The position numbers were made by a program, and so were the translations under genes. Of a stretch of 64,000 nucleotides of DNA, positions 41,528 to 55,291 are shown piece by piece. Source of the DNA: Candidatus Dadabacteria bacterium (lineage in GTDB: Bacteria > Desulfobacterota_D > UBA1144 > Nemesobacterales > CSP1-2); contig CAWDVW010000002.1 of the NCBI GenBank assembly GCA_963805855.1, positions 96,001-160,000 on the forward strand, written 5' to 3'. The stretch's first letter is position 1. Every line of letters begins with the position of its first letter. A model generated the notes under the pieces. It was given only the letters and a program-made list of their open reading frames with translations. It was not told the DNA's origin and made no database searches.

Positions 41528-43713
41528 TCATCTTCGTTACGCGTCGTCGAACCCTCAGGGCTTCTTAGTCCGAAAATGGCTAGAGATCTTCCCTCAAGAT
41601 TGTATGGCACCCCTCCTCCCATTGGTCTATGAGGCCTTCTACCCGTCGCTTCTCTCGTATCAACTAAAACCCCCCAACGCATTTTGGGTCTATGTGCCGG
41701 TAATACGAATTGAACAGGCTCATAGTGGGCATTCAGAAGGATTAGAAGCGTGTCGTCTAATATCCTGTTTCCACGGGCGTCAACTTCTTCAATAGCATCT
41801 CCGGCCAGGCGCAAACCTATGCACCGCGTCTCAGGGTTTTTCCAGTCCTCTTCAGCCATTTCTTTTCCATCTGGCCGAAACCAGGTGAGATCCTTTACCT
41901 CAGAGCCTAGAATCTTTCTTCCCTGAAAAAAGTGGCGCCTATGGAGAACCGGATGTCGATGAAGAATCCCTATAAGCTTTTTTGTAAAGCTCAACAGCTC
42001 CAGCTTTGACTGGTCCAGGTCCCAATCAATCCATGAAATCTCGTTATCTTGGCAGTAGGCATTGTTGTTACCGTGCTGAGTGCGTCCAATCTCATCTCCG
42101 GCCAAAATCATTTGCACTCCCTGAGAAAAAATTATTGTGGCGAGAAGATTACGTTGCTGGCGGGCTCTTATTGACAGTATGGCAGGGTCATTAGTTGGAC
42201 CTTCTACCCCGCAATTCCAGCTCAAGTTATCCTCGGTCCCATCTCTGTTCCCTTCGCCGTTGGCCTCATTATGCTTGTGGTTATAGCTTACGAGATCATG
42301 CAAGGTGAAACCGTCATGGGCTGTCACAAAATTGATACTGGCATAAGGGAGGCGGCCCCCATGTTCGTATAGATCGCTGCTTCCTGTCAGACGATATGCC
42401 AGTTCGCTTACCTGGCCTCCGTCACCCCTCCAAAACCTCCGAACCGTATCCCTGTATTTTCCGTTCCACTCGGCCCATAGAACTGGGAAATTACCTACCT
42501 GGTATCCACCCTCACCAAGATCCCAAGGCTCGGCAATCAGCTTCACCTGGGAAATTACGGGATCCTGATGTATTATGTCGAAAAATGCCCCGAGACGGTC
42601 CACCTCATGAAGTTCCCTTGCTAGCGCCGATGCAAGATCAAAACGAAAACCATCTACATGCATTTCCGTTATCCAATACCTCAGACTATCCATAATTAAC
42701 TGCAACACACGCGGATGCGTCATATCCAGAGTATTCCCGGTACCTGTGTAGTCCACATAGTATCTCTTTTTGTCAGCTATTAAGCGGTAATAAGCGGCGT
42801 TGTCAATACCCCGAAAGCAGAGGGTTGGACCCAAGTGATTACCCTCAGCGGTGTGGTTGTACACCACATCCAGAATAACTTCAATACCTTCTCTGTGAAG
42901 TGTCTTAACGAGTGTCTTGAACTCAGACACCTGTTGACCCATCACACCTGAACTTGAATACCTTGCATCCGGAGCAAAAAAGCCAATAGAGTTATAACCC
43001 CAGTAGTTGGTAAGTCTCCGATCAACCAGAACTTTGTCTGCCACAAATTGATGCACCGGCATTAATTCCACCGCTGTTATGCCAAGATGCCTCAAATACT
43101 TCAATACGGCTGGGCAACTAAGGCCGGCGTAAGTGCCCCTCAGATCTTCTGGCACATTGGGATGACGCGCCGTATAGCCCTTTACATGTAGCTCATATAT
43201 GAATGTCTTATGCCAGGGGATCCGTGGAGGACTATCATCTCCCCAACTGAATGCCGGATCTACAACGACGCATTTCGGAATTCCCGAAGAGCTATCCCTT
43301 TCGTCAAAAGATAGATCAGCAGCAGTATGACCCACAACGTAACCGAATAAGGCTTCACTCCAATGAACAGTCCCGGCAATCGCTTTCGCATAGGGATCGA
43401 GCAAAAGCTTGTTTGGATTGAAGCGGCTACCACCCTTTGGTTCATATGGTCCGTAAACCCTGTAACCATATAGTTGACCCGGACGGGCTTCGGGTAGATA
43501 CAGATGCCAAATCCGATCTGTCTGATCCTTTATAGGTATCCTTGCTATTTCCTTTCTCCCTTCAGGGCCATCGAACAAACATAACTCCACAGCCGTTGCA
43601 TTTTCGGAGAACAGGGAAAAATTGACCCCAGCGCCGTCCCACGTCGCCCCCAATGGATAGGGTTGGCCAGGCCATACATTCATTGAATCGTTAATCAACC
43701 TGTTCCTCCGCAT
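41515..43713 (-). CDS. glgX: Glycogen debranching enzyme (isoamylase)
   Basis: [57 protein letters not shown]. Confidence 0.97.
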   Translation of the reverse strand: MRRNRLINDSMNVWPGQPYPLGATWDGAGVNFSLFSENATAVELCLFDGPEGRKEIARIPIKDQTDRIWHLYLPEARPGQLYGYRVYGPYEPKGGSRFNPNKLLLDPYAKAIAGTVHWSEALFGYVVGHTAADLSFDERDSSSGIPKCVVVDPAFSWGDDSPPRIPWHKTFIYELHVKGYTARHPNVPEDLRGTYAGLSCPAVLKYLRHLGITAVELMPVHQFVADKVLVDRRLTNYWGYNSIGFFAPDARYSSSGVMGQQVSEFKTLVKTLHREGIEVILDVVYNHTAEGNHLGPTLCFRGIDNAAYYRLIADKKRYYVDYTGTGNTLDMTHPRVLQLIMDSLRYWITEMHVDGFRFDLASALARELHEVDRLGAFFDIIHQDPVISQVKLIAEPWDLGEGGYQVGNFPVLWAEWNGKYRDTVRRFWRGDGGQVSELAYRLTGSSDLYEHGGRLPYASINFVTAHDGFTLHDLVSYNHKHNEANGEGNRDGTEDNLSWNCGVEGPTNDPAILSIRARQQRNLLATIIFSQGVQMILAGDEIGRTQHGNNNAYCQDNEISWIDWDLDQSKLELLSFTKKLIGILHRHPVLHRRHFFQGRKILGSEVKDLTWFRPDGKEMAEEDWKNPETRCIGLRLAGDAIEEVDARGNRILDDTLLILLNAHYEPVQFVLPAHRPKMRWGVLVDTREATGRRPHRPMGGGVPYNLEGRSLAIFGLRSPEGSTTRNEDDWLV

Positions 43714-43912
43714 ATAGGTCTTCTATAAAAATATTAATATGCTTATTTACTGAGATTGGGCAATAAGATTATTTGGGAAAGATTTTATTCAAAAACTGCC
43801 GTTTGTCCAGAGTAATAAATTTGGGAAACAATGACTAGAATTGAAGAAAAAAAATTTAAGCATCTATCCGACTCAAAGACAAACACAAACTTTATTAAAC
43901 TATATTTTCGCG

Positions 43913-45040
43913 TCAGGGAAGAAAATAAAAAGCAACGGCAAGTATAAGATAAACTGCCAACAATTGAACCCCTTCCATCCAGTTCGATTCACCATCATGG
44001 GCTATCAGACTGAGAATCCAGACGGAAATGCCGACCGAAACAACCTCCAAGTTAGTAAAGATAAGATCCATAGGCTCACCAAAAAGATAGCTCACAAATA
44101 CAAGTATTGGTGCAACAAAAAGTGCTATCTGGATACTAGAGCCAATTGCGATGTTCACTGCGAGGTCCATCTTATTTTTATAAGCGGCAAGTATGGCTGT
44201 GCTATGCTCAGCAGCATTCCCTATTATGGCAACGACAATCACACCTATAAAAACGTCCGTCATTCCGAATGTTTCGGCAGTAACTTCGACAGCCCCAACA
44301 AGGAATTCACTCAGGAGCGCAATCCCCACCACTGCTAGGATCAATATCACGATGGACTTATTCTTTCCCCACTCAGGACGCTCTTCTTCAATCAGGGCAG
44401 CCGTACCCAAATAGAGATGCCTGTGGGTGTAAAGTGAAAAAATGAGGCTAAGAAAGTAAGTTATAAAAAGAACTATTGCAATTAATAAACTCAGCTCGTG
44501 TTCAATCGCTGGTTGCCCTATAACAATCATATGAAAAAGAGCTGGTATTACCAGTCCGATAGCACTCAATGCCAATAAAGTTGAACCAACGCTGGATGCT
44601 GTTCTATTAAAAACCTGTTTATCATATCGAAAACCCCCTACTAGGACACTCGCTCCAAGAACCAGGAGAATATTCCCGATGATGGAACCTGTCAAAGACG
44701 CTTTGACTATATCGAATAATCCCCGGCGCAGCGCGATTAGAGCAATAATCAATTCCGCCGCGTTACCAAATGTAGCATTCAACAAACCGCCCAAACCGGC
44801 ACCAGCGACCTTGGCTAATTCTTCTGTAGCTTTACCCATGAGTCCGGCAAGTGGAATAATTCCCAACGCGGATGTTGCGAAAATCCAAATTTTATCTACG
44901 TGCAAAAACTCCAAAGCAATACTAATTGGAATGAACACCAATAAGACGCTAAGTGGTTCAATTTTATATTCGCCAAGTTTCACTAGATTATCCCAGAGAT
45001 CGGTTTTGGAATCATCACGACACCTAAAACTAGCAAGCAA
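43913..45040 (-). CDS. cax: Calcium/proton exchanger (CaCA family)
   Basis: Alpha repeats [12 protein letters not shown] / GSIIGN.LL and GNAAEH / [17 protein letters not shown]; true start probably nearer 44983. Confidence 0.93.
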   Translation of the reverse strand: MLASFRCRDDSKTDLWDNLVKLGEYKIEPLSVLLVFIPISIALEFLHVDKIWIFATSALGIIPLAGLMGKATEELAKVAGAGLGGLLNATFGNAAELIIALIALRRGLFDIVKASLTGSIIGNILLVLGASVLVGGFRYDKQVFNRTASSVGSTLLALSAIGLVIPALFHMIVIGQPAIEHELSLLIAIVLFITYFLSLIFSLYTHRHLYLGTAALIEEERPEWGKNKSIVILILAVVGIALLSEFLVGAVEVTAETFGMTDVFIGVIVVAIIGNAAEHSTAILAAYKNKMDLAVNIAIGSSIQIALFVAPILVFVSYLFGEPMDLIFTNLEVVSVGISVWILSLIAHDGESNWMEGVQLLAVYLILAVAFYFLP

Positions 45041-45128
45041 TTACGTAGGAATAAACCATAACTCCACGAGGTCGGGACCTCCCGGAGTTTATTCTTCTCT
45101 CCTGAGTGGGCCGATAAGAATTTCCGCC

Positions 45129-46958
45129 CTATATTCTTTTGAAGAGACTCAGGCCAAATCCTCCGATACCAGACTCCCCTCCAGACTCAACGATTTCAGG
45201 CATTAAGCTTCCAGGCCCATTCCATTTTTCTTCAGAAGAATCTATTAACTTCTTCCATCTCCCATCTGGAAATTGGCCATGGATATCTAAATTTGATTCG
45301 TTCAGATTAAAGATTGAGAAGACATGCGTGACCTGTTCATCATCCCATCGCCTCATAAATACGACCTTCTCCTTTTCCAACCCCCATACTTCAAGATTGT
45401 CCCTATCCAGGTTAGATAATGCGGGAATTTCTTTCCTGAGCTTTATCAGCCTTTTATAGTAATTTAACAAAACCTTATGCGAACCTTCATTCCTCTTTTC
45501 CCAATTTATCTTTGAATTGAAAAAGGCCCCAGAGCTCTGGGGATCAGGCGGCTCCCCCTTCCAGTCGAAAGATTCAAATTCCGCCCTTCTTCCCTTTCTC
45601 ACCGCCTCTATAAGAGTGGGATCAGAATGACTTACGAAGTATAAGAAGGGCGCGTCTTCGCCATATTCTTCTCCCATAAATAAAAATGGAATGTAGGGGG
45701 CAAGCAGCACTATACCGGCAGCAAGTTTTAATCCTTCAAATGAAATCAGAGTGGAGAGCCTATCTCCGTGGAACCTATTACCTATGTGGTCATGATTTTG
45801 CGAATAGACTACAAATTTCTCACCCGATCTTTCCTTAGGTGAATTACCGTGTCTTCTCTTCCTGTATTCTGAGTATTGTCCGGAATAAGCGAATCCTTCT
45901 TTCAAGGCTCGTATCAGATGCTCCGTCTTTCCAAAATCTAAGTAATAACCTAAACCCTCACCTGTAAGTAGCGTGTGAAGCGAATGGTGAAAATCATCAC
46001 ACCATTGTGCATCGATTCCATACCCTCCAAATTCTCTTCTCTCTATTATCCTAGAATCATTTAAATCGCTTTCAGCGATTAGATAGAATCCCCTCTTTTC
46101 TTTTTTCGAAAGTTCCTCAACCTTTTCGGAAAGCTCCGCGAGGAGGTGTTTTGCACTGAAATCATATATAGCATGAACAGCATCCAGTCGAAGTGCGTCT
46201 ACGTGATATTCCCTAAACCAGTAAAGTGCATTTTCTATGAAAAAATTTCTCACCTCATCGCTATAAGCGTCATCGAAGTTTAACGCATTTCCCCAGGGTG
46301 TTCTGTATTTATCTGTAAAATATGGCCCGTAATCCCAAAAATAATTTCCTTCCGGGCCGAGGTGATTATAGACAACATCGAGTATAACGGACATTCCCTT
46401 ACTATGACAGTCGTTAATAAGCCTCTTTAGTCCCTTTGGACCTCCATAGCTATTTTGAGGAGCATAGGGGAATACCCCATCGTAGCCCCAATTTCTTTCG
46501 CCTGGAAACTGTGCAACTGGCATTAGCTCGATTGCATTTATTCCCAGATCAAGGATTTCGTCGAGCCTTGGAATTATCGCCTCAAAGGTTCCCTCCGGAG
46601 TAAACGTTCCAGTATGAATCTCATACATCATCATGTGCGCGATATCCACCCCACTCCAATTGCCGTCATCCCAATGGAATGAATTGCAGTCAATTACCTG
46701 TGATGGTCCGTGAACCCCCTCTGGCTGAGAATAGGACGCCGGATCGGGCCTTTCGATTTCACCGTCGAGTCTGAATGAATAGAGTGTATCGGGATAGACA
46801 TCTTTCAAAACGGTTTGCCAGTAGCCCAATTTATCCCTATTCATCGGTACAGTTCTCTCGGGAGGCGAAATGACTTTTAATTCAACCTTCTGCCGGAAGG
46901 GAGCCCAGACCACAAATTCGCAATTACCGTCCCCTAAATAATGTGCACCTATTTTCAT
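45129..46958 (-). CDS. treZ: Malto-oligosyltrehalose trehalohydrolase
   Basis: PDPAS..QPEGVHGPS, RNWGYDG, DVVYNHLGPEG, LRLDAVHAI, IAESD, QNHDH.GNR. Confidence 0.96.
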   Translation of the reverse strand: MKIGAHYLGDGNCEFVVWAPFRQKVELKVISPPERTVPMNRDKLGYWQTVLKDVYPDTLYSFRLDGEIERPDPASYSQPEGVHGPSQVIDCNSFHWDDGNWSGVDIAHMMMYEIHTGTFTPEGTFEAIIPRLDEILDLGINAIELMPVAQFPGERNWGYDGVFPYAPQNSYGGPKGLKRLINDCHSKGMSVILDVVYNHLGPEGNYFWDYGPYFTDKYRTPWGNALNFDDAYSDEVRNFFIENALYWFREYHVDALRLDAVHAIYDFSAKHLLAELSEKVEELSKKEKRGFYLIAESDLNDSRIIERREFGGYGIDAQWCDDFHHSLHTLLTGEGLGYYLDFGKTEHLIRALKEGFAYSGQYSEYRKRRHGNSPKERSGEKFVVYSQNHDHIGNRFHGDRLSTLISFEGLKLAAGIVLLAPYIPFLFMGEEYGEDAPFLYFVSHSDPTLIEAVRKGRRAEFESFDWKGEPPDPQSSGAFFNSKINWEKRNEGSHKVLLNYYKRLIKLRKEIPALSNLDRDNLEVWGLEKEKVVFMRRWDDEQVTHVFSIFNLNESNLDIHGQFPDGRWKKLIDSSEEKWNGPGSLMPEIVESGGESGIGGFGLSLFKRI

Positions 46959-47313
46959 TTCTTTGCTAGACTCAAAAATAATGATCTGTTGCGAGTCAAA
47001 ACAATTCAATTGTCGATTACGGAAAGATATTATTGTAGCGGAAATCTCTAGATTTCCATAAGAATTAGAAAAGAAAATATGAAATCCAGCATTCGAAATT
47101 AGATATTAAATAAGCGAGGAATTAGGAAGTAATGAGGGGAAACGGAATCCCAGACACTTGCTGGTCGAGACTAATGTGGCGGAATGATGATGCAGAAGGA
47201 ATTATGATCCCTAATAACACACTTCGACATGCTCAACCACCTCCGGAGTAATGGCATTTAGTTAACGGGTCATAGGGAGTTAACAAGCTTCCAGGAGTAA
47301 TGTTTTGCTGGTG

Positions 47314-49263
47314 TTAACCCTCACTCTTAAAAAACAGCACACCCAAAGGTGGCAGGGTTAGCGAGATAGAATTGTATCTCCTATGGATAGGAATAGGGAT
47401 GGCTTCAACTCCACCCACATTACCATGGCCACTTCCCCCATATATGGCTGCATCACTATTTAGAACTTCCCTCCAGAAGCCACCTCTCGGTACACCTACC
47501 CTGTAGTTGTATCTCGGAACCGGTGTGAAATTGCATACTATCAAAATAATGTCGTTTGTACTTTTACACTTTCGGATGAAACTAATTATGCTGTTCGCCG
47601 AATCTCTAAATTCTATCCACTCAAAGCCTTCTATACTGAAATCGAGCTCATGCATTGCAGGCTCATTTCTGTAAAGGTGGTTAAGATCTTGAACCCATTT
47701 TTTTACCCCCTGATGGGGAGGATACTCTAAAAGGCGCCAATCCAGACTAGCTTCATGATACCACTCATTCCACTGTCCAAACTCACCACCCATGAAAAGG
47801 AGCTTTTTACCAGGATGTCCAAACATGTAACCAAATAACGCCCTCAGATTTGCAAACTTTTGCCAATCGTCTCCTGGCATCTTTCTAAGCAGAGACCCCT
47901 TTCCATAAACAACTTCGTCATGAGAAAGGGAAAGGAAAAAGTTTTCTGTGAATGCATACCATATGCTAAATGTAAGCTGGTTTTGGTGATACTTTCTATT
48001 AATTGGATCTGTAGAGAAATAATCAATAGTGTCGTGCATCCACCCCATATTCCACTTCATCCCAAATCCAAGGCCACCCACATACGGCGGCCTTGAGACC
48101 ATGGGCCATGCAGTGGATTCCTCGGCAATGGTCTGTACATCGGGATGGCTTGAGTAGACTGCCTCATTTAATTTTTTAATAAAATCTATCGCCTCAATAT
48201 TCTCCTTTCCACCGTATTGATTCGGTATCCATTCTCCTTCTTTTCTACCATAGTCCAGGTAAAGCATGGATGCGACAGCATCAACCCGCAGTCCGTCAAT
48301 ATGGTATTTATCGAGCCAAAATAGGGCGCTGCTGATCAAAAACGCCCTCACTTCATTCCTTCCATGGTTGAAGATATAACTATTCCAGTCCGGGTGAAAT
48401 CCCTTTTTTGGATCCGCATGCTCGTAAAGATGACTCCCGTCGAAATAAACAAGACCAAACTCATCGCTAGGGAAATGAGAAGGAACCCAGTCGAGAATGA
48501 TGCCTATCCCATTCTGATGCAGATAATCAATCAGATACATGAAATCCTGCGGTGTTCCGTACCTGCTTGAAGGGGCAAAATAACCTAGAGTCTGATAGCC
48601 CCAAGAGCCGTAAAAGGGGTGCTCCGTAACGGGTAAAAATTCCACATGGGTAAATCCCGTCTCCCTAAGGTACTCAGCGAGGTGAGGTGCTATTTCTCTA
48701 TAAGTAAGGAATCTATCACCCTCCTCTGGAACCCTCCTCCATGATCCGAGATGTACTTCATACGTAGAGATCGGGGAATTTAATGAATTTGATTTATATC
48801 GATTTCTCATCCATTCATCATCACCCCAATCGTAATTTAGATCCCACACTTTAGAAGCTGTGCGTGGCGGAGTCTCCCAAAAATATGCAAAGGGATCGCC
48901 CTTTTCTACCTTGTAATTCTCTAACTTTGAAACTATGTGGTATTTATAAACCTCGCCCGTTGCAATTTCCGGAGCAAACCCCTCCCAAATGCCAGACCCA
49001 TCCCATCTCATAAAAAGCGGGTCGGAATCGGTATTCCAGCCGTTGAAATCCCCGACCAAAGAGATCTTTTCCGCGTTTGGAGCCCAAACTGAGAAATAGG
49101 TACCTTTCTTGCCGTCAACCTCCATCGGGTGCGATCCGAGTTTGTCATAAAGCCTAAAATGGCTACCCTCTTTAAAAAGATAGATGTCGTGTTCCGTAAA
49201 GAGACTTATGTCTGATAGAACATTTGTAGGTCTATTCTCTTCTCTATTCACCTTTCCTGACAT
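47314..49263 (-). CDS. glgB: 1,4-alpha-glucan branching enzyme
   Basis: [50 protein letters not shown]. Confidence 0.98.
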   Translation of the reverse strand: MSGKVNREENRPTNVLSDISLFTEHDIYLFKEGSHFRLYDKLGSHPMEVDGKKGTYFSVWAPNAEKISLVGDFNGWNTDSDPLFMRWDGSGIWEGFAPEIATGEVYKYHIVSKLENYKVEKGDPFAYFWETPPRTASKVWDLNYDWGDDEWMRNRYKSNSLNSPISTYEVHLGSWRRVPEEGDRFLTYREIAPHLAEYLRETGFTHVEFLPVTEHPFYGSWGYQTLGYFAPSSRYGTPQDFMYLIDYLHQNGIGIILDWVPSHFPSDEFGLVYFDGSHLYEHADPKKGFHPDWNSYIFNHGRNEVRAFLISSALFWLDKYHIDGLRVDAVASMLYLDYGRKEGEWIPNQYGGKENIEAIDFIKKLNEAVYSSHPDVQTIAEESTAWPMVSRPPYVGGLGFGMKWNMGWMHDTIDYFSTDPINRKYHQNQLTFSIWYAFTENFFLSLSHDEVVYGKGSLLRKMPGDDWQKFANLRALFGYMFGHPGKKLLFMGGEFGQWNEWYHEASLDWRLLEYPPHQGVKKWVQDLNHLYRNEPAMHELDFSIEGFEWIEFRDSANSIISFIRKCKSTNDIILIVCNFTPVPRYNYRVGVPRGGFWREVLNSDAAIYGGSGHGNVGGVEAIPIPIHRRYNSISLTLPPLGVLFFKSEG

Positions 49264-49265
49264 TC

Positions 49266-52200
49266 TTATTCAACCTCCAGAAGATTATTGATTCCCTCTA
49301 TGGGTATAATCAACCAATTCGGACGATTGTTCAACTCGTAACCAAGTTCATAAACCGCCTTTTCCAAAAGGAAGGCCCTGAGCATTGTACCTAACTCTTC
49401 ATTGTTATTCGGTATAAACGGCGCATTTCGAGCGGTATCGATGTAGGATTTTAAAAAAATTCCAGCGACTAGTTTATACCAAATTTCAGCCCATGGTTTG
49501 ATCCCTTCTATGAATTTCATATCCCTCGAGGAGTATTTGAATAAAGAATTGAAAACAGCATAGTGAAATGATCTGATCATTCCCGCAACATCCCGTAACG
49601 GCGACCTTTTCAGCCTTCTTTCACTCAATGGCCTTGCCGGTTCACCCTCGAAGTCTATTATCACGAAGTCATTCCCGGTAAACAGAATCTGGCCGAGATG
49701 ATAATCGCCATGGATTCTTATCTTCATTGCAGATAGCTTTTTCCTGTATATTTCCCTGAACTGATCCAAAATTACCTTTTCATGACCCAAAAGCGAAATC
49801 AATTTGTCCGTTGTATCTTCAGGCAGGGTATTCAAATTAGTCCTTACCATCTCCATCACCCTTTTGGTCAGACTTTCCATCGATTGGTAAAGGGACCTCT
49901 GATAAAGGATCGAAAAAGGTTCAGGCGCAAAATTGGGATCTTCTACTTCTGTACCAAGGGCTACGTGAAGCTCTGCTGTTCTCTTGCCTAAGAGACTCGC
50001 CATCTCAAGATAAATTCCACTAATTAATTCCTGAAAAACAACCGGTATATCATCGAAAGCTATTTGTAAGAGTGACTTCGATGTTTTTGGAATTTCCTTC
50101 ACATCAATCTTCTTAGAACGAACCCTCTCAAAATAATCTTCAAGTGAATCCAATGTATACGTCCATGCGTCACCCTGATTTGGCACCAGTGCTTGCAGGA
50201 TTCCTAACACGATTGGTTCCGACCCGCGTCTTTTATATTCAATGGCACCAGCGAACGGCGGCACATTAGGGAAAGAGTTATGCTCCGTGAGGAATCGAGC
50301 AATCTCAAGATCGGGATTCATGCCCTCGTCCAGTCGTCTGTAAAGCTTAAAAAATAGCTCATTACCGTATACAAAAGAGGTATTACTCTGCTCTGCCTCT
50401 AACACTCTGGACTTCTCCAGAGTAAGCTTTTTTGCTTTATTGAATCTTCTTAAATATTTCCCTGGATACGCATTGAACTCTCCCTTTATGCCCTTAAGAC
50501 TTAGACTTTTAGAAATCGTAACAAGTATATTTCTACGGAACTCCTCATTATTGACACAATCGTATAATACTCCATCGTCCTGTTTCGATTTTAATTCGGC
50601 TATCACAGCTTGAGGAATTACTCTTCTAATGTTTTCTGCTTCCGCCCCCGATAAGAAAGAAACGGGTAAAAGGTAGGTATCCGACGAACCCTCGGTGTAT
50701 TTAACCTCGATCAACAGTATATTCGCGATGAATGAATTCACCTGCATCCTGATATTTTCAACAATAGTGGAAACCTGTATCTTTCGGGCTTTTCCGCCAA
50801 ACCACCTGCAGCTTCTTAAATATTTTGGTATGATCTCTTCTTCAAATTTTTCTCTAGATTTTCCCTTAAAAACCGACTCCCAACTGCCGTCAAAACGCAG
50901 TTGGGGAATATCCTCGCGATCCTGCGGACTTACTGCCTTCTCTCCTTTTTTCAATAAAAACCAGAAATAATCATAAAAGCCGAGTGTAAAAACATATGGA
51001 GATTCTCCGATAGTAGGGAATTTGTTTCTACTAAACAACTCCTCAGGTATATAGCCGGCATATCTGGAAAGATCAATATTTGCTACCTGTGAAAAACGTG
51101 AAAGATTTACAACGACAAGTATTGTTTCGTCGTGATATTGACGCGTAAAAGAAAGCACCTTCGAGTTGTCGGTATGTAAAAACTCTATATTCCCTCTGCC
51201 AAAGGCTTTAAATCGCTTTCTCATATCCAGAACACGCCTCATCCACCACAGAAGAGATGATTGGTTCATCTCCTGATTCTCGACATTTACAGCTTCATAG
51301 TGATATTCGGGGTCTATGATTACCGGAAGGTAGAGCTTCTGAGGATTCGCCTGGGAAAACCCTGCATTTCTATCAGCACTCCATTGCATCGGGGTCCTGA
51401 CTCCATTTCTGTCTCCGAGGTAATAATTATCGCCCATGCCTATCTCATCACCATAATAAATTATGGGCGTTCCAGGAAATGAAAAGAGAAGGAAATTCAT
51501 GAGATCGATCTTCCTTCTATGATTCCCTAATAGTGGAGACAAGCGTCTGCGAATCCCTAAATTTATCCTCGCAGTAGGATCCTTCGCATATATCCTGTAC
51601 ATATAATCCCTCTCTTCATCCGTTACCATCTCAAGCGTAAGTTCATCGTGATTCCTCAAAAAGAGTGCCCACTGGCATTCGTCAGGTACTTGCGGAGTTT
51701 GGTCTAAAATGTTCGTTATCGGAAATCTATCTTCCATCCAGCATGACATAAAGATTCTAGGCATCAAAGGGAAGTGATACGCCATATGGCACCTATCACC
51801 ATTTCCGAAATATTCAATTACATCCTCAGGCCACTGATTCGCCTCGGCAAGAAACATTTTGTTCTTATACTTTGAGTCAACATGTGACCTAAGTTCCTTC
51901 AAGAATTCAAAGGTTTCAGGTAAATTTTCACAGTTCGTGCCTTCTCTCTCAAAAAGATACGGGACCGCATCCAATCGCATCCCATCAACCCCCATATCCA
52001 TCCAATAATCGATTACCTTAAACATAGATTTTTGCACGTTGGGATTCTCATAGTTTAAATCTGGCTGGTGGGAATAAAATCTATGCCAATAGTAAGCCTT
52101 TGCCACGGGATCCCATGCCCAGTTCGAGGTTTCAAAGTCTTTAAATATTATCCTTGCGTCTTTATATATTTCTGGCGAGTTGCTCCAAACGTAATAATTT

Positions 52201-52598
52201 CTCCATTTTGAGCCGGGGTTATCTCTTCTTGAGTTTTTAAACCATTCATGCTGATCGGAGGTATGATTCAGCACAAGCTCGGTGATTACTTTAATTCCTC
52301 TTCTATGAGCTTCTTTCAATAATTCTTTAAAGTCTTTAAGGGTGCCGTAATCGGGATGAATATTGTAGTAGTCGGCTATATCATATCCATCATCCCTGAA
52401 GGGAGAAGGATAGAAGGGCAAAAGCCAAATCGCAGTTATCCCTAGATTCTCGAGATAATCCAACTTCTGCTTTAATCCTTTAAAATCGCCAATCCCATCA
52501 CCGTCGCTATCATAAAAGGCCTTTATATGGAGCTCATATATGATTGCGTCTTTATACCATAATGGATCGTCTTCCCGATTGTTATCGTCACTACGCAT
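49266..52598 (-). CDS. treS: Trehalose synthase fused to maltokinase (TreS-Mak/Pep2)
   Basis: N-terminal [39 protein letters not shown]-terminal [37 protein letters not shown]; 1110 aa. Confidence 0.96.
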   Translation of the reverse strand: MRSDDNNREDDPLWYKDAIIYELHIKAFYDSDGDGIGDFKGLKQKLDYLENLGITAIWLLPFYPSPFRDDGYDIADYYNIHPDYGTLKDFKELLKEAHRRGIKVITELVLNHTSDQHEWFKNSRRDNPGSKWRNYYVWSNSPEIYKDARIIFKDFETSNWAWDPVAKAYYWHRFYSHQPDLNYENPNVQKSMFKVIDYWMDMGVDGMRLDAVPYLFEREGTNCENLPETFEFLKELRSHVDSKYKNKMFLAEANQWPEDVIEYFGNGDRCHMAYHFPLMPRIFMSCWMEDRFPITNILDQTPQVPDECQWALFLRNHDELTLEMVTDEERDYMYRIYAKDPTARINLGIRRRLSPLLGNHRRKIDLMNFLLFSFPGTPIIYYGDEIGMGDNYYLGDRNGVRTPMQWSADRNAGFSQANPQKLYLPVIIDPEYHYEAVNVENQEMNQSSLLWWMRRVLDMRKRFKAFGRGNIEFLHTDNSKVLSFTRQYHDETILVVVNLSRFSQVANIDLSRYAGYIPEELFSRNKFPTIGESPYVFTLGFYDYFWFLLKKGEKAVSPQDREDIPQLRFDGSWESVFKGKSREKFEEEIIPKYLRSCRWFGGKARKIQVSTIVENIRMQVNSFIANILLIEVKYTEGSSDTYLLPVSFLSGAEAENIRRVIPQAVIAELKSKQDDGVLYDCVNNEEFRRNILVTISKSLSLKGIKGEFNAYPGKYLRRFNKAKKLTLEKSRVLEAEQSNTSFVYGNELFFKLYRRLDEGMNPDLEIARFLTEHNSFPNVPPFAGAIEYKRRGSEPIVLGILQALVPNQGDAWTYTLDSLEDYFERVRSKKIDVKEIPKTSKSLLQIAFDDIPVVFQELISGIYLEMASLLGKRTAELHVALGTEVEDPNFAPEPFSILYQRSLYQSMESLTKRVMEMVRTNLNTLPEDTTDKLISLLGHEKVILDQFREIYRKKLSAMKIRIHGDYHLGQILFTGNDFVIIDFEGEPARPLSERRLKRSPLRDVAGMIRSFHYAVFNSLFKYSSRDMKFIEGIKPWAEIWYKLVAGIFLKSYIDTARNAPFIPNNNEELGTMLRAFLLEKAVYELGYELNNRPNWLIIPIEGINNLLEVE

Positions 52599-52642
52599 TA
52601 AATAGTCTCCCTATTTAGAACAGTCAGGCCCCCTATCACACT

Positions 52643-52767
52643 ATGCACGATGCATGATCCATGATTCATGATGTAAGGTACGGGATCCATGGTAAGATAA
52701 CTCCGTTTCATTCTTTACGTGTATCTTGAATCGGGCATCCTGTATCGTGTATTCGTGCATCCTGGAT
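52643..52767. repeat. Inverted pair of heptamer tandem arrays
   Basis: ATGCACG ATGCATG ATCCATG ATTCATG.. then CGTGTAT CTTGAAT CGGGCAT CCTGTAT CGTGTAT..CGTGCAT CCTGGAT; same unit family as 17891-17954. Confidence 0.75.
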
Positions 52768-52840
52768 CAACCGCCAAAAGCATCGTGAACATGTTGTATT
52801 ATGCTATGTTAAGACATTATCAATGATATGACTGATAGGT

Positions 52841-54823
52841 CTAGACGAAATAGTCAAAATCCGTCTCCCTTTTAAGCTTCTTCCTTAACCTGAAAATATG
52901 AGCAGGGATTACATGAGGATCGAGTTCCACATAATTTCGCTCACCATGCCAAATATACTTGTCCTGACTCAAAAGATCGTGAACAAGGTACGGCTGCTCC
53001 GGATCAATACCGAACTCATCAATCGGTACAGTCACCCATCCCGATTGTTTATGAAAAGGGTCAAGATTAACCACCACTAGTATTATGTTTTCTAGGTCAT
53101 CTGTGGCCTTTCCATAAAATAGGAGATACTCGTTGTCCACCTGGTAGAATTTTAAGTTTCTTGTCACTTGTAATGCCGGATTCTCTCTCCTGATCCCATT
53201 AAAGATGGCTATGAGATCCCTTAGATTGCCCTCCTTATTCCAATCCCACTCCCTAATCTCATATTTCTCAGAATTCAGATACTCCTCTTTCCCGGTCAAC
53301 GCCTCATGTTCCAAAAGTTCAAAGGCAGGACCATATATTCCATAATTTGATGAAAGGGTTCCAGCTAAAATCAACCGCATCACAAAAGCTTGTCTACCTC
53401 CATATTGTAAATGTTCTGGAAGTATATCAGGGGTATTGGGCCAGAAGTTAGGTCTGAAGAATTCACTCGTCTCGGTGCGTACCAGCTCAGTGAGATACTC
53501 CGTAAATTCTCTTTTTGTATTCCTCCAGGTGAAGTACGTGTAAGACTGGGTGAAACCGATCTTCGCCAGCCTGTACATGACCTTTGGCCTCGTAAATGCT
53601 TCGGATAGAAAGATCACGTCAGGATAATCCCTCTTTATATCTCCTATAAGCCACTCCCAAAATGGAAATGCTTTTGTATGGGGATTGTCAACCCTGAAGA
53701 TCTTGACGCCTTTATTTATCCAGAAAACCGTCACGCTCTTGAGCTCTTCCCAAAGCCCAAGGATATCATCTGTTTCAAAGTTTAGAGGATAAATATCTTC
53801 ATACTTTTTTGGTGGATTTTCGGCATATTGAATAGTTCCGTCCGGACGTTTTCGGAACCACTCAGGATGTTCTTTTACATATGGATGATCAGGGGTGCAT
53901 TGAAACGCCAAATCCATCGCGACTTCCATGCCCAAATCCAATGCCTTCCCAACCAGAGATTCAAAGTCTTTCATGTTGCCAAGTTGAGGATGAATCGACT
54001 TATGCCCCCCCCCTTCAGAACCTATTGCCCATGGACTCCCCACCTCATCGGGCTCTGCAACAGGAGAATTGTTTTTCCCCTTTCTATTAGTCTTTCCGAT
54101 CGGGTGTATCGGGGGTAAATATAAGACATCAAAACCCATCCGCGCTATTTCGGGCAGTAATCTTTCTAAATCTTTAAAGGTACCCCGCTTTCCCGGGAGA
54201 GAAGAAGAAGACCTGGGAAAGCGTTCGTACCATGTGCTAAAGAGCGCTTTCGGCCTTTCCACAACCACCCCGAGCTCTTTTTCAAAACGCGTAGCAGACT
54301 TCTTGTTGGGATTCTTGTTCATTAGCTCCGCGAGTTCGTCACCTAAGGCAATAGATATGGCTTCTTCCAAATTGTTGCCCTTTAAAATATTGCCTAACTC
54401 CTTAAGTTTTTTTCTATCTTTTCTTGAAGCAATACCCGACGAATCATCAACAAGATCGGCGCCAATGAGAAGTTCAACTCTTGTATCATAACCAGCTTCG
54501 AATTTCTTCTTAAAACCCTTCTGCCATGTCTTAAAATAATCGACCCAACCCTCAAGCGTATAATAATAGGTGCCGATTCTTTCAACAAGAAACTCACCCC
54601 TCCATTTGTCGTTTTCAAGGAAAGTCATCGATATCTCACTCCAGTCTTTCTCGTTTTGGGCCTTATAGAGAAGACTTGCAGAGACTGCATCGTGTCCGTC
54701 GGAAAAGATATCGGCTTCCACTATAACCTTTTCACCCACTACCCTCTTTATAGGGAAGGAACCACAATCGATCTCGGGTTTAACGTTTTCTATTACTACC
54801 CTTTTTCTTAGCTCGTTTGTCAT
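52841..54823 (-). CDS. glgE: Alpha-1,4-glucan:maltose-1-phosphate maltosyltransferase
   Basis: WYE.FPRS, YLPPIHPIG..NRKG.NN, AENPPKKYEDIYP, FRVDNPHTK, EAFTRP, NTPDIL, SEKYE. Confidence 0.97.
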   Translation of the reverse strand: MTNELRKRVVIENVKPEIDCGSFPIKRVVGEKVIVEADIFSDGHDAVSASLLYKAQNEKDWSEISMTFLENDKWRGEFLVERIGTYYYTLEGWVDYFKTWQKGFKKKFEAGYDTRVELLIGADLVDDSSGIASRKDRKKLKELGNILKGNNLEEAISIALGDELAELMNKNPNKKSATRFEKELGVVVERPKALFSTWYERFPRSSSSLPGKRGTFKDLERLLPEIARMGFDVLYLPPIHPIGKTNRKGKNNSPVAEPDEVGSPWAIGSEGGGHKSIHPQLGNMKDFESLVGKALDLGMEVAMDLAFQCTPDHPYVKEHPEWFRKRPDGTIQYAENPPKKYEDIYPLNFETDDILGLWEELKSVTVFWINKGVKIFRVDNPHTKAFPFWEWLIGDIKRDYPDVIFLSEAFTRPKVMYRLAKIGFTQSYTYFTWRNTKREFTEYLTELVRTETSEFFRPNFWPNTPDILPEHLQYGGRQAFVMRLILAGTLSSNYGIYGPAFELLEHEALTGKEEYLNSEKYEIREWDWNKEGNLRDLIAIFNGIRRENPALQVTRNLKFYQVDNEYLLFYGKATDDLENIILVVVNLDPFHKQSGWVTVPIDEFGIDPEQPYLVHDLLSQDKYIWHGERNYVELDPHVIPAHIFRLRKKLKRETDFDYFV

Positions 54824-55291
54824 GACTGGATTGTTTTTTTTGATCGACCCAATGAAAAAGCTATCTTGACTAGAAAATCTATTCTAACAGTATGGCTAGA
54901 ATTTTAGATGTTTGAAAGTATAAAACCCTACGTTGAAAGTTAGTTGAATCTTCTTTTATTTTACTGAATTCGACTATTTATTCAAAATTCAGTCATGGAA
55001 CTAAATTGGCGTGAGACTCCATATATTGTTGGTTATATAAAGCAAACCTATCAAACCCAACGCGTGTCCCTAAGATTCGAAATTAAATCAATGATGTTCA
55101 ACTCAAATACCTTAAGACTAAACTCAATGCTCATTTGCTTAAACATAGAAGCTATAAAAGAGGGTAGACTGAGATGCGCTTCTCCGTCTAAGAGAACCGT
55201 GGTCTGGAATCAATGAATCAAATCCAAGGACTGGAACTTACTCTCTTTAAATAAGTCCCGCAAGAATATTATATCCAACCTTAATGCCAAA